Source of the DNA: Octopus sinensis
Lineage: Eukaryota
Assembly: GCF_006345805.1 (NCBI RefSeq)
Contig: NC_043007.1
Coordinates: 44,764,001-44,828,000 of the forward strand
Reading direction: 5' to 3'
Length of the DNA: 64,000 nucleotides
In this document: piece after piece, positions 52,601 to 64,000 of the stretch
Numbering within the stretch: the stretch's first letter is position 1
How the letters are laid out: each line of letters opens with the position of its first letter
Notes under the pieces: generated by a model
What the model was told of the DNA's origin: nothing
The model's database searches: none
What the model saw: only the letters and a program-made list of their open reading frames with translations
Made by a program: the position numbers and the translations under genes

Positions 52601-54124
52601 AGAGGATATTCTGAAAACTCATCACAACCATCCTTTCTTCTTTCCTGTTGGTATAGCCATGTATCTCCTCATTAGCAAGACACCTGTCCCTGTTCATTTA
52701 TCACCTCAACACCTTCTGCAATTCTGTGCCCATTCTCAGTTTAGGATCCTTGTCCTGCATGTTACTTTGTAACCTTACTAGTGCTGGTGCCATGAAAAAT
52801 ATACCCTGTATGCTCTGTAAAGTGGTTGGTGTCAGGAAGGGTATCCATCCATAGAAACCATGGTAAAGCAGACACAGGAATCAATGAAGCTCTCAAGTCT
52901 GTTGGATCCTATTGAACCATTCACCTGGTACTAACATTGAATATTGATGTTAAATGATGATATTACATTGAACCCGGGATCTCATGGTTGTTCAGTAAAC
53001 TTCTTAACTATCTAGCTATGTTTGTGTCCAAGCTTGATGAATAAATGTATTGTGAATCTCTCATGATAAAGGGAGGACTATACTCATTGTGGTTTAATTA
53101 ATTGACTTTATATTATTCCCAACCAATAAAGATTGAATAAGATGCACTCAGATGCTTTGATTAACCTGGGATTATGGTGGAAGACACTTGCCCAAAGTGC
53201 TGAACAGTTTGACTGAACCCAAGACGGCATGGTTGTGAAGCAAACTTCTTACTACACAGCCAAACTTGTGCCTTCTGAAGATGGCCATGAGGGATGTTGA
53301 CTACTAGATTTTGACCAACACAGTCCTGATCAGGCCAATATCCTGTGATCAAAACAACTTCTTGCATGTCTTTGCAGAAGCATATATGTTACACAGACAT
53401 ATGCATACATTCACACATGCACTCAGACATATATGCCAACGTGTACACAGGTACAACAACATACTTTATCAAAGTATGTAAACAGTTTATTATGAAATAA
53501 TTAAAACTGAATACAAAAGCTTATAATGACAAACATTGTCTTTGTATAATAAGAGTTGACATAAATGGTAGTTGGTTGGTTGATTTCTGCAGTTATGCTT
53601 TACATTGTATAGAGAGAAGTGGGAGTAAGAGATACTCAGAGAATTAACATAAGAACTATAAGGTGTGTTGAGAGGAAGAGTCAAATAATAGGAAGAGGAC
53701 AGGTAGTAAATACCAGAATAGTTATGGGAAAAGCTAGAATAGACTATGGAACCTGGTGTGGCCCCTGGCCTTACCAGTTCCTGTTGAGCCATCCAGCAAC
53801 ATGCCTGCTTGGAAAACGAACATTAATTGTTGATGATGGTGATGTCTGTATTTTGTAATAATTCATGTAGTTCACACCACCATTTGTTGTGATCAACTAC
53901 AGAGCCTGTCACTCCTGCAACCATGATGGTAATGACCACCACCACCATGCCCAAGAGACACCGGTTATAGTGAATATAGATCACACACATGATATTAGAT
54001 ATAGGTGTTTACAAAATAGGTAGGCCTTGATGGTGGTGTTTGTTTACATTCCTGATGTGCTTTCTGGTTTTCATGGCCAATGATTTGTCATTGAATGTAG
54101 CTCACCCCCACCTCTCATAATACA

Positions 54125-54155
<31 letters not shown>

Positions 54156-54454
54156 ACCTACCAGTTAAATATATAAAAAGTTAACACGTAAGATAGAACT
54201 GTGAAGTTCTTTATTACTTGGAATATAATCAAGCATACCTGACCTTCTAAAACGATTGGTATGGGTGTTGACTTTACTGTGCTGAAATCTTGGAAATCCT
54301 AAAGTGCTCAGGTAATGTCCTTCCTTTATAAATTCAGTGAACTTTGGCCAAAATGTTTGTACTACATTAGAAACACTTTTTAAGAAAATTTAAAACCTGT
54401 TAACTAAAACACTTTAAATATTTAGTAGTTAATCTCTTACCTATAAGCATTTAT

Positions 54455-54684
54455 TTAACCTTTTCATTACCAACCTGGCTAAAACCGGCTCTGGCTCTGT
54501 AGTACAAATGTCCAATTTTCATAAGTTTTGAATTAAAATCTTCCACCAAACTTTTGACTCAATTAATGTTCCTAACACTAGCTTAATGATAACTAAGTTA
54601 TTTTACTAAATCCTTTGTTAGATTTAAAATTAATTGAAAGAAACATGGAGCATCTCAAAATAAATACAGTAATGAAAGGGTTAA
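54455..54684. mobile_element. piggyBac-type MITE, second family
   Basis: TTAA-CCTTTTCATTAC ... GTAATGAAAGGG-TTAA; a fragment of the same end occurs at about 13610. Confidence 0.8.
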
Positions 54685-55877
54685 ACCTATATTTTGTAAT
54701 TTAGTTTAGTCAACTCGATTCATTTTTGTACCTTTGAATATTAATTTAAAGATATGAGTGACTTATACTTTAACATTATCTTGGATATCTATACTCGTTA
54801 AGTCACCTACTTCTGCCAAAATTTTACTACTGTGCATCGGCCAGGAATGTGTGATATATATGTGTGTTTATACACATGTATATGTACGTGTGTGTGTGTG
54901 TGTGTGTGTATTCATACAGTTTATATGCTTTTATGTACTGTGACGTGTGCATCTGTCTATAAATATATATGTGTGTGTTTATCGATTGTATCTACATATT
55001 GATAGAAAGGGATGAAGGTTGTTGACTGTTTAAATTTGGTGATCAGTGAACTCCTTGATATCTCCTGTTTAACTGAGAATAAATTTACTAAGGTTTTGAT
55101 GACTTTTTAATTACAACTCATGGCACTGCTACATCTATTGATTTCTCAGATTATTTGGTCTCATTGTTAAACTATAAACTAATTTAGATAAGTGAATTTA
55201 GGTTGTATATTTATACGATCTCTTTGTTTCTTATTTTCCAGTTTTAAGCCACATCTAATTCTCCTCGATATTCGACTATAAGGAGTCTGTTTAAAACTTT
55301 ACATGATGATGGTGTATTTTATATCATGATGTAATCTTTTTGTTGTGGAAGGATTCCAACCACCCACCAAATGACTAAAAGGTGTACTGACTCATTATAA
55401 AGTAAAGAACTATGAGCAATTGACAGTTGGTGTTGGTAGCAGTCACTGTGAGCCTTTGATACAGAGTATTGAGCCTCATGTAATAGAAATGGTAGTGCAT
55501 TGTGTACATACTTTCTTCCCCACAGTTTCATTATGTTATATATTCAATACAAGGATATGAAATCTTTACAACTGCATTATATAAAAGTCTACAGAAACAG
55601 CTGTTGTAAATTTTAAACACCATTTTGTACTTAGACTGCACCAAAGATCTGCCCCTCAGTTGGATCTATGGTTTATATTGGATTTGGTACTTATATATAT
55701 TTACAGTATCCTGCCAACACTTGGCGTGTTTAATATTGTTTATTTTACTGTTAGCTCTGTGTTATTGTACCTAGCCATGTTTGGTGCCCTATAAAGTTCA
55801 TGAGCCTTGATTCTTAAGAATCCTTGTAACAAAATTATATATATATATATATATAATGTTATAGTAATATCTTTATA

Positions 55878-56690
55878 TCATCATCATCATCATTTAGCTC
55901 CGTTTTTCCATGCTAGCTGGTTGGGCGGTTCACTGGGGCTGGGGAGCCCGAAGGCTGCACCAGGCCAGTCAGATCTGGCAGTGTTTCTACAGCTGGATGC
56001 CCTTCCTAACGCCAACCACTCCGAGAGTGTAGTGGGTGATTTATGTGCCACCGACACAGGTGCCAGACGAGGCTGGCGAACGGCCACGCTCGGATGGTGT
56101 TTTTATGTTGCCACCGACACAGGTGCCAGACGAGGCTGGCAGACGGCCACGCTCGGATGGTGTTTTTATGTGCCACCGACACAGGTGCAGATGAGCTGGC
56201 AGGTGCCAGACGAGGCTGGCAGACGGCCACGCTCGGATGGTGTTTTTATTGCCCACCGACACAGGTGCCAGATGAGGCTGGCGGAACGGCCACGATCGGA
56301 TGGTGTTTGTTACGTCCCCAAAGCACGGAGGCCAGTCTATGCGGTACTGGCTACGGCCACGTTCGGATGATTTTCTTGTGTGCCACCGGCACTGGTACCA
56401 CAAAGATACAAATTCCAATTTATGTTCATCTATTTATTTGTTTTGATTGTGATTTGATTTTCACTTGCCTCAACAGGTCTCCAAGTGTCACTTGCCTCAA
56501 CAGGTCTTCACAAGTGTCACAAGAAGGAAGTATGCACAGGGGACTGTCTACGTCGCCGGGTCTTCGGATGGGTCTTTATGTGCCACCGACAAGGTGCCAG
56601 ATGTGGCTGGCGAACGGCCACGACGGATGGTTTTCTTGTGTGCCACCGGTACTGGAACCACCAAGATACAAATTCCATTGATTGTTCATC
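55878..56690 (-). mobile_element. RTE 3' UTR copy with amplified ~61-nt units
   Basis: (CAT)n tail on +, then near-identical repeats of TTTATGTGCCACCGACACAGGTGCCAGACGAGGCTGGC..ACGGCCACGCTCGGATGGTGTT. Confidence 0.8.
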
Positions 56691-57182
56691 TATTTTGATT
56701 GGTTTGATTTTGTATATAAACTTTATATAATCTTGTATATATACACAGAAGACCCATCAAGCCAAGTAAAATTGTAGTTGTGGCAGATACTGGTGTCACA
56801 TAACTAGCACCCATGCTGGTGGCACATAAAAGCACCCATTACACTCTTGGAGCAGTTGCTGTTAAAAAGGGCATCCAGCTGTAGAAGCCATGCCAAATCA
56901 GACTGAGTCTAGTGCAGCCCCTGGTCAAACTGTTGAACCCATGCCAGCATGGACAACGAATGTTAAATGGTGATATGTAATATATATGTATTCATGTATG
57001 TATACATTTGTGTATATATTGCATGTGTGTATGCATATATATAAAATTAATGTGGACAACTGTGTGCAGTGTAAACCATATAGGCAAAATTTAATATTTC
57101 TATTTATAAATGTTTATAAGGAAAGGTTGACTGTGACTTTGAAGTTTCAGCTTGCTCACCTTCATCATACTGTCAAATTGTT

Positions 57183-57217
<35 letters not shown>

Positions 57218-57301
57218 TTCTTTTTTGTCATATCATCATCATCATCATCGTTTAAAACGGACGCTAAACGATGATGATGATGATGATATGACAAAAAAGA
57301 A

Positions 57302-57372
<71 letters not shown>

Positions 57373-57448
57373 TATATATACACACACACACATATGTGTA
57401 CAGTCAGTTGTATGACTACTACTATATGAGTTAGAGCTCCATGTAGAT

Positions 57449-57702
57449 CAGTGTTTCTCAATCATTTTTTTTTTTTACCTATCAAGCCCTTTGATTCCAA
57501 TTTTACTTGGTTGGACCCTCAGCCATTTGATAAAAACTCTTCTATCTTTATAATCAAATATTATTAGAAATTGTTTAAAAAATTGTTAAAATATTTTGTG
57601 TATTGGAGATCTATAACCAGTTTGTTGTACATAAATTTTAACAACAAAATCTTATGTGGACCTCCAAGGGTCATATATATGGACCTTGGTTGATAACCAC
57701 TG
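57449..57702. mobile_element. hAT-type MITE
   Basis: TIRs CAGTGTTTCTCAATC / GGTTGATAACCACTG; 8-bp TSD ATGTAGAT / ATGTACAT (one mismatch). Confidence 0.85.
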
Positions 57703-58347
57703 ATGTACATTATCATTATCCAGTATTCTTTCAGTTTTGTGGTTAGTCAACCACTATATAATGTTACAGGATATGATATACAGAGCATATCACATGTGAT
57801 CACATAACTGACTGGGCTATCAGATGTTGTTATGCATCATTGGTCACATATCCTTCAAATGACGTCAACCCGCTGGCTAGGCAGACAGGCCCACATTCCC
57901 CTCAGTTGAAAGGATTGGAGCAACATGAAATGAAGTGTTTTATTCAAGAACCCAACATACTGCCCAGACAGAGAATCAAACCCACCATCTAGTGATTGTG
58001 AGTGCAACAGCCTAACCATGCGGTCACATGCCACCACATACAGAGCATATGTAGAGGAAAATTAAGATAAACACCAGCATAGATATTTAGTTCCTACTTA
58101 TGTATTACCATTGCAGTTGTCTGGGACTTGACATCGGGTGTTTCAAGTGTTTTTGAATGCTGAACTGTAATAGACCATCAGGGGAACACCTTATTGCATT
58201 CTGTTATAGAGATCTAATATCCATTGCAGTTTAGTATCCAAATGCATTTGGAATCCAATGCTGAATTCCAAATAACTGCAATAGAGAAACATATGTAGGA
58301 ACAAAATATTTATACCCTTGTTTTTTTTTTTTAATTTTCCACTATAT

Positions 58348-58396
<49 letters not shown>

Positions 58397-58422
58397 TTTG
58401 AACAAGGAGAAAGAGTGTAAAT

Positions 58423-59236
58423 CAGGGGTTCTCAACCAGGATCCATATGGCCCTGAGGGTCCACATAAGATTTTGGGGGATCCACATAACAAAATAGTAA
58501 ATCAGGGATCCACAATAGTATTTTAAGGGCCCATGAAAATTTTTTGCTATAGATGTATTTATTACAAGAAACAGCTTGGTTTCTTTCTCTAACATTTAGT
58601 ATAGTTAAACCTACACAAGTTAATGTCATCATCATCATCGTTTAACATCCACTTTCCATGCTAGCATGGGTTGGACGATTTGACTGAGGTCTGGCGAACC
58701 AGATGGCTACACTAGGCTCCAATCTGATCTGGCAGAGTTTCTACAGCTTGATGGTCTTCCTAATGCCAACCACTCCGAGAGTGTAGTGGGTGCTTTTATG
58801 TGCCACCAGCACGAGGGCTAGTCAGGCGGTACTGGCAACGGCCACTCTCAAATGGTGCTTTTTATGTGCCACCTGCACAGGAACCAGTCCAGCTGCATTG
58901 GCAACGACCTCGCTCGAATGTTTTTTCTCGTGCTACCAGCACAAGTGCCAGCAAGGTGATCCAGGCAACGATCACGCTTGAATGGTGCTTTTAACGTAAC
59001 ATCGGCACGGAGGCCAGCTTGTTGCTCTGGCAGCGATCTCACTCGTATGGTACTCTTAACACTCCACTAGCATGGATGCCAGTCATCGAATTTGATTTTG
59101 ATGTGAAAAACAAAACAGTAATATTGAAAAAACATTTTCTATAAAAATAGTTTTTTAAACATTGAATGGCTATGGGGGGTCTACCAGAATAAAATAGTAA
59201 TCAAAAGGGTCCATAAAAAATGGTTGAAAATCCCTG
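58423..59236. mobile_element. hAT-type MITE interrupted by an RTE 3' end
   Basis: TIRs CAGGGGTTCTCAACC / GGTTGAAAATCCCTG; RTE tail inserted at about 58625-59100; TSD degenerate. Confidence 0.75.
58625..59100 (-). mobile_element. RTE 3' UTR copy with five ordered hairpin units
   Basis: (CAT)nCGTTTAACATCCACTTTCCATGCTAGCATGG tail; array at 58786-59090. Confidence 0.8.
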
Positions 59237-59569
59237 ATGTTAAAGATGCATTATTTGGACAAGGTGTGTGTTACTATAGCTCAGTTTGCAGCAAATTTCA
59301 ACCATCCTCTTCAGTTTTTGTTGTCATCACTACCATTATCATCAGAACCACCATCCTGACTACCATCAGTAACAACAACAACAAGATTAGCAAATGTTGT
59401 AGCTTTTATTTGGTCTCTCATCATGCTAGATGTGGCAACCAGATCCTTCTCAAATGACATTGTACTACCTTTTAAAAATAGATGGGACATATTCAGAAGT
59501 ATAGACTATGTTTAAGATGTGACGGGCGTGGATGGATGCCTTTGATCAAAGGTTTGACTTGGTATTGCT

Positions 59570-60290
59570 AAGCAGCAATACCACTCCCAAAATCCTGACT
59601 ACCACCACAACCATCTTTACCAAAAGAAAACACCCCACCATCACCATAATCAATACCATGGCCAACACCATCAAAACTATATCCATACAACCAGCCAGAA
59701 ACACTGCTAATACAACCACCACTATCACTACCACAACAACATTTACTATCATCAGTGTCACTGCTACAGCCATGATTACATCAGCTATTAACTCTGCAAC
59801 CACCACCACCACTATAATCACCACCACCACCACACAACCACTGATTATTACTATAAACTGCAGAACTGTTGTCACCACCATCGGCACCATACCAATTACT
59901 ACTCCCACTACCACAATCACCTCTGTCACCACCAGTAACACAGCCACCATCTCAACAATGAACATCATCACTGCCACCATCACCATCATACCAATTATCA
60001 CCACCACTAATTACTACCACAACCTGCAGAGCTTACTACCTCTAACACTACAGAATAGTGACAGCAAAAACATTTACTATCATCAATACCATTGCTACTG
60101 TTAAGCGTCCCCTCCATGCCACCACTGTCTCAACAATCATAGTGACCACCACCACCACCACCACTACTACTACTACCACCACCACCACCACCCTCACCAC
60201 CACCACTACTACTACTACTACCACCACCACCACTACTACTACTACCACTACCACCACCACCACATCTCCCTCCTCCTCCTCCTCTCACTA
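59570..60290. repeat. Decayed (ACC/ACT/ATC)n trinucleotide tract
   Basis: Cryptic AC(C/T) periodicity grading into pure (ACC)n(ACT)n at 60140-60265. Confidence 0.8.
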
Positions 60291-60862
60291 TCCCTCTTGA
60301 AGAGAGTTGAAGAGGGTGGGAATGTACTATGTGTGCAATGCTGCACCGGCTTTGGAAGACTATCACTTGGCGTATAGGTACAGAAATGCATGTCTCTGCT
60401 GCACACATGTACACGCTTGCACACACACGCTTGCACACACAACACACACACACACACATTTAAACTGGCAAACATGGCTATACACACAGCTGTAAAAATG
60501 CTAACACATATCCAAATACCCATACACGCATATACTTGTTATATAAACAGATACATATATGCATGCACATGCACGTATATATGTAGGTATTGTATTTTAA
60601 TTCATGCTATACTTCTGATTCACACAACAGCTACTCAGAGTTTCATATGAGGTGTGTCGGCATTCAGGCTATGTTGGAGTGAATTACTTTGATAAAGTAA
60701 AAAAAAAAAAATGAAAAAAAAAAATCACAGTAGCTGCTGAATGATTCAGTGACTCTACATTTTAAAGCAACTTTAAAGGGATTGAGTACTCTTTTTCTCA
60801 TTTTCATTTCTAAATGTAAACACATCAGACAACACTCACACATACAGAAATACACACACAGA

Positions 60863-60916
<54 letters not shown>

Positions 60917-60920
60917 TTAT

Positions 60921-61062
60921 AATTATGTGTATAATTCTAATTAGGGTTCAGCAAAAATTTGCTTCACCACATACTGAAATTTAGAAATGACAGTTAAAAC
61001 TAACTATTTCACTACCATAAGAAAATTTTTGCTGAACCCTAATCATAATTATGCTCATAATT
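60921..61062. mobile_element. Small MITE-like inverted-repeat element
   Basis: Core TIRs TAGGGTTCAGCAAAAATTT / AAATTTTTGCTGAACCCTA (60942-61041); imperfect symmetry extends about 20 bp on each side. Confidence 0.7.
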
Positions 61063-61154
61063 ATAAAGTTTTTGTTTAAGTTTACTGATAATGGTTCTTT
61101 TAACATATGGAACTACTTGGAAAAATTATTAATTAATTAATTAATTTTACCCTT

Positions 61155-61198
<44 letters not shown>

Positions 61199-62448
61199 TC
61201 TTGGTTACATAGAAATGCTTGTATACATATTTTTGCATTGTTGTATACACTAATATACATTGTAAATAGTTATATATATATATACACACACATAAGTATA
61301 TATATATATGTATGTGTGTGTGTGTAATATATATCATACCTGCATCATTCTACATTTGTTTTACTATGCTTACATGTTTTGCATTGGTCTAATACAGCAT
61401 CTTGATACCTATTACAGTCCTTTTTTTGTCTTGTTCAAATAGGGTTTGTCATCTTGAGATCGTTCTCCATCATGTCACCTTTAGACTTTAGGAGTTTTCC
61501 TCTTTTGCAGGTTTCTCACATTTTGATTGGTTGTTACTCGTTTACACACATGCATGCACACACACATACATGTATACACATACAAATATATAACACACAA
61601 ACATGTGTATATATACTTATACACACATGATCAAAAAGTGTTTGTTCCCATCATTAAGTTAAATTGCTGTGGAAACTGGGAAATATCTAGTGTTATGGAC
61701 TAGGGTTCTCTATGGAAGAGTGATCAAGAAACAGCCAATGGATGTGAAGACAAGAGGTCAAATGGAGAGTGTGTTTGGGTATGTGCATGTGTGTATGTTT
61801 ATATGTGTGTGTGTGTATTATTCTCTAGCAAGGATAATATTGGTAGTGACTTCAATTCTTGTTAAAGAATAATAAATTTGTATTTTACAAAAGTATGGGA
61901 TAATGTAAAATTGTTTTTATTGTAACTGAACCTAAAGACAAACAGAGATATACATGTACACACACACATATTCATGCACTTACATATACCCAAATGCATG
62001 TACTCTATGTGTGTGTGTATATATATATATATATAGCATGGAAAACGGACGTTAAATGATGATGATGATATATATATTATTCTTTTATTTGTTTCAGTGT
62101 GCAACTTCAGTCATGCTGGAGCTCCACTATATTCACACACACACACACACACGCATGTGTATATTATCTATCTATACACACACACACACACGCACACAAT
62201 ACATATATGCACACATTTATTTTACTCTGTATACTGATATATATGTGCATTTATATATCTGTCTACGTAACCAGACTACTTTCTTTCTCCCCCTTTGTTT
62301 TCCACATCTCTTTCTTTCTCTTCGTCTTACAGTCTATCTATTTCTCCTGTCTGATTTGCATTTCTCACCATTCTTGCTGCTATTTAACCCGCATGTGATA
62401 TATATTTCCAATCAAAAACCCAAACAATCCATTTTCTTTACTCACTAG

Positions 62449-62538
62449 ATCGGAGCTATGATGCCAGAATGTCTCCAATGGGTCAGTCAGTGTTTTTTGA
62501 AGTGGACCACTTGGCAACATTCACAGTTACTCATGAAG
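62449..62538 (+). CDS. EPS8: EPS8-family gene, exon encoding the start of the PTB domain (90 nt, phase 1-1)
   Basis: Acceptor TTTCTTTACTCACTAG, donor GAAG|GTGAGT; frame (D)RSYDARMSPMGQSVFFEVDHLATFTVTHE resembles the x-V/L-E/D-H-L-x-T-F motif that opens the EPS8/Arouser PTB domain (recalled, not searched). No downstream exon found before 64000. Confidence 0.85.
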
Positions 62539-64000
62539 GTGAGTCTTTCAAATTTTCTTTAATTCCATAAATTCCTCATTTTGTCCCATGGCATTTCTGA
62601 GATAACAACCTTTTTTGTTGATTTATTTTAGTAAACAACCAGGATACTGGCTGTTCAAAACTCTTACCATTCCTCTCTTTGACCAATTTCTTCATATTCT
62701 GTTAGTCTTTGCTTGGTTTCAGTCTTTGAGCTACTTTGCTATTCTGGGAATATTCTCTTCTAGGGTTTTATTCCTTCTTCACTTGCAGTATAGTCTGCCT
62801 GATATTTAACTTAGTCTTAGTGATCTCAGAAAGAAGAATAGTGAAGAGGATTTAGTTGTCAAGGGATGTAATGAAAAAAATTGATGAGATACAGTCTGGC
62901 TCCACAAAACATTTCCTTGTTTGATGCTCTAGTGATTTTGTTCTTCCTGATAATTTTCTATGTGAGTGTGTGTATGTGTATATATTTCTGTGTATATGTA
63001 TGCGCACACACACTCACACACACACACCCACACATAATGTGTGTGTGTGTATGTATATATACGTATGTTTTTGTTAGTATATGTATGTATGCATACACAT
63101 GTGTATTATATATATATATATATATATATATATCTGTATGTGTGTTTATGTAAATACACATACACAGCGTCTATGTCTCTAATCTCACTTCAAGAAAAAA
63201 AACTAAACAAGCAAAGCATGATTCTGCTTTGATTCTATTAGGTTTCTAATCATCATCATTTACTTTTTCATAGTTGCATGGGTCAGATGGAATCCATTAA
63301 AATAAATTTTCTACAATCTGATGCGCTTCACCTGTTTCCAAGTGAAGTAATATTTCCCCATGGTTGAACATGGAAGTCTGGAAATGAAACGCTCCATTTG
63401 TATGACAGTGACTCTCATTTACATCTATCATGTGATATGAAAGCAAAAGACACAAAAACACTAACATCCACTTCTTTCAGTTTCTGTCTCTCACACAGAT
63501 TTGGTTGGCCCAGGGTTATAACTGAAAATACTTGGCCAAGGTGCTACTCAGTAGGACTGAACTTAAAATCATGTAGCTGGAAAGCAAACCTTTTAACAGG
63601 CCACAGATGCCCTTTTCAAGAATGTGATATAGACAAATTGAAAGACCTGGTCCTTTGTGTTATTAGCATTGCTAAATGATAAATAATACTAAAAAGTTTT
63701 CCCCCCTCTCAGAATAATGGAATGGCTATTGTCTAGCTGCATCTTCTCAGTTTTACAGAAATTTCACATTCCATTCATTGGTATTTCCTTTCATATACTG
63801 TTCCATTGTATTGAATAGACAGTCCTCTACTTTCCTATTGTATTTTCTGAAACTTGTGAATGTTTCAGCTGCTGCTGTTCTTACAGCAATATTGAGAGCA
63901 GTGTATTGCAGAATTAATAAAATGCCAGATACTGTTGGAGTAACTTTATTGGAATCCTGTTTATAGGAACGTACAGAAAGGACTTGAGAGCAGACACTTT

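Noticed and set aside
58786-59090. CRISPR array call
   Set aside because: The spacers are mutually homologous, the array lies in a LINE 3' UTR, and there are no cas genes in this eukaryotic context.
59532-60104. 190-aa Thr-rich mucin-like ORF and its antisense Val-rich ORF
   Set aside because: A decayed AC(C/T) trinucleotide tract that is stop-poor on both strands; no signal peptide or exon boundaries.
660-63232. Numerous ORFs rich in HT, YI, CV or IY dipeptides
   Set aside because: Translations of (CA)n, (TA)n and (TG)n microsatellites; no splice or homology support.

Overview
AT-rich, microsatellite- and TE-dense animal genomic DNA. The repeat landscape (tRNA-headed SINEs, RTE tails ending in (GAT)n, TTAA MITEs) suggests an octopus-like cephalopod, by recall rather than database search. 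The one host gene I can support is the 5' part of a + strand EPS8-family gene. Phase-consistent exons at 10229-10251 (or 2630-2676), 16200-16325, 20249-20400 and 62449-62538 join into an open frame ending in FEVDHLATFTVT, the start of an EPS8-type PTB domain. The rest is intron, including a predicted ~42 kb intron (20401-62448), filled with SINEs, RTE, R4-like and Penelope-like fragments, a Buster/Charlie-type hAT transposase fossil, a DD37D Tc1/mariner fossil and several MITEs. Almost all ORFs in the supplied track are microsatellite or TE read-through. The best leads are a candidate recursive splice site with a stop-containing RS-exon, several alternative N-terminal exons, a Penelope-type minimal hammerhead core, long intronic foldback hairpins (one with A-C mismatches), and an ordered multi-hairpin array in an RTE 3' UTR. 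I found no prokaryote-type system and no convincing wholly new system; all findings are unverified hypotheses.
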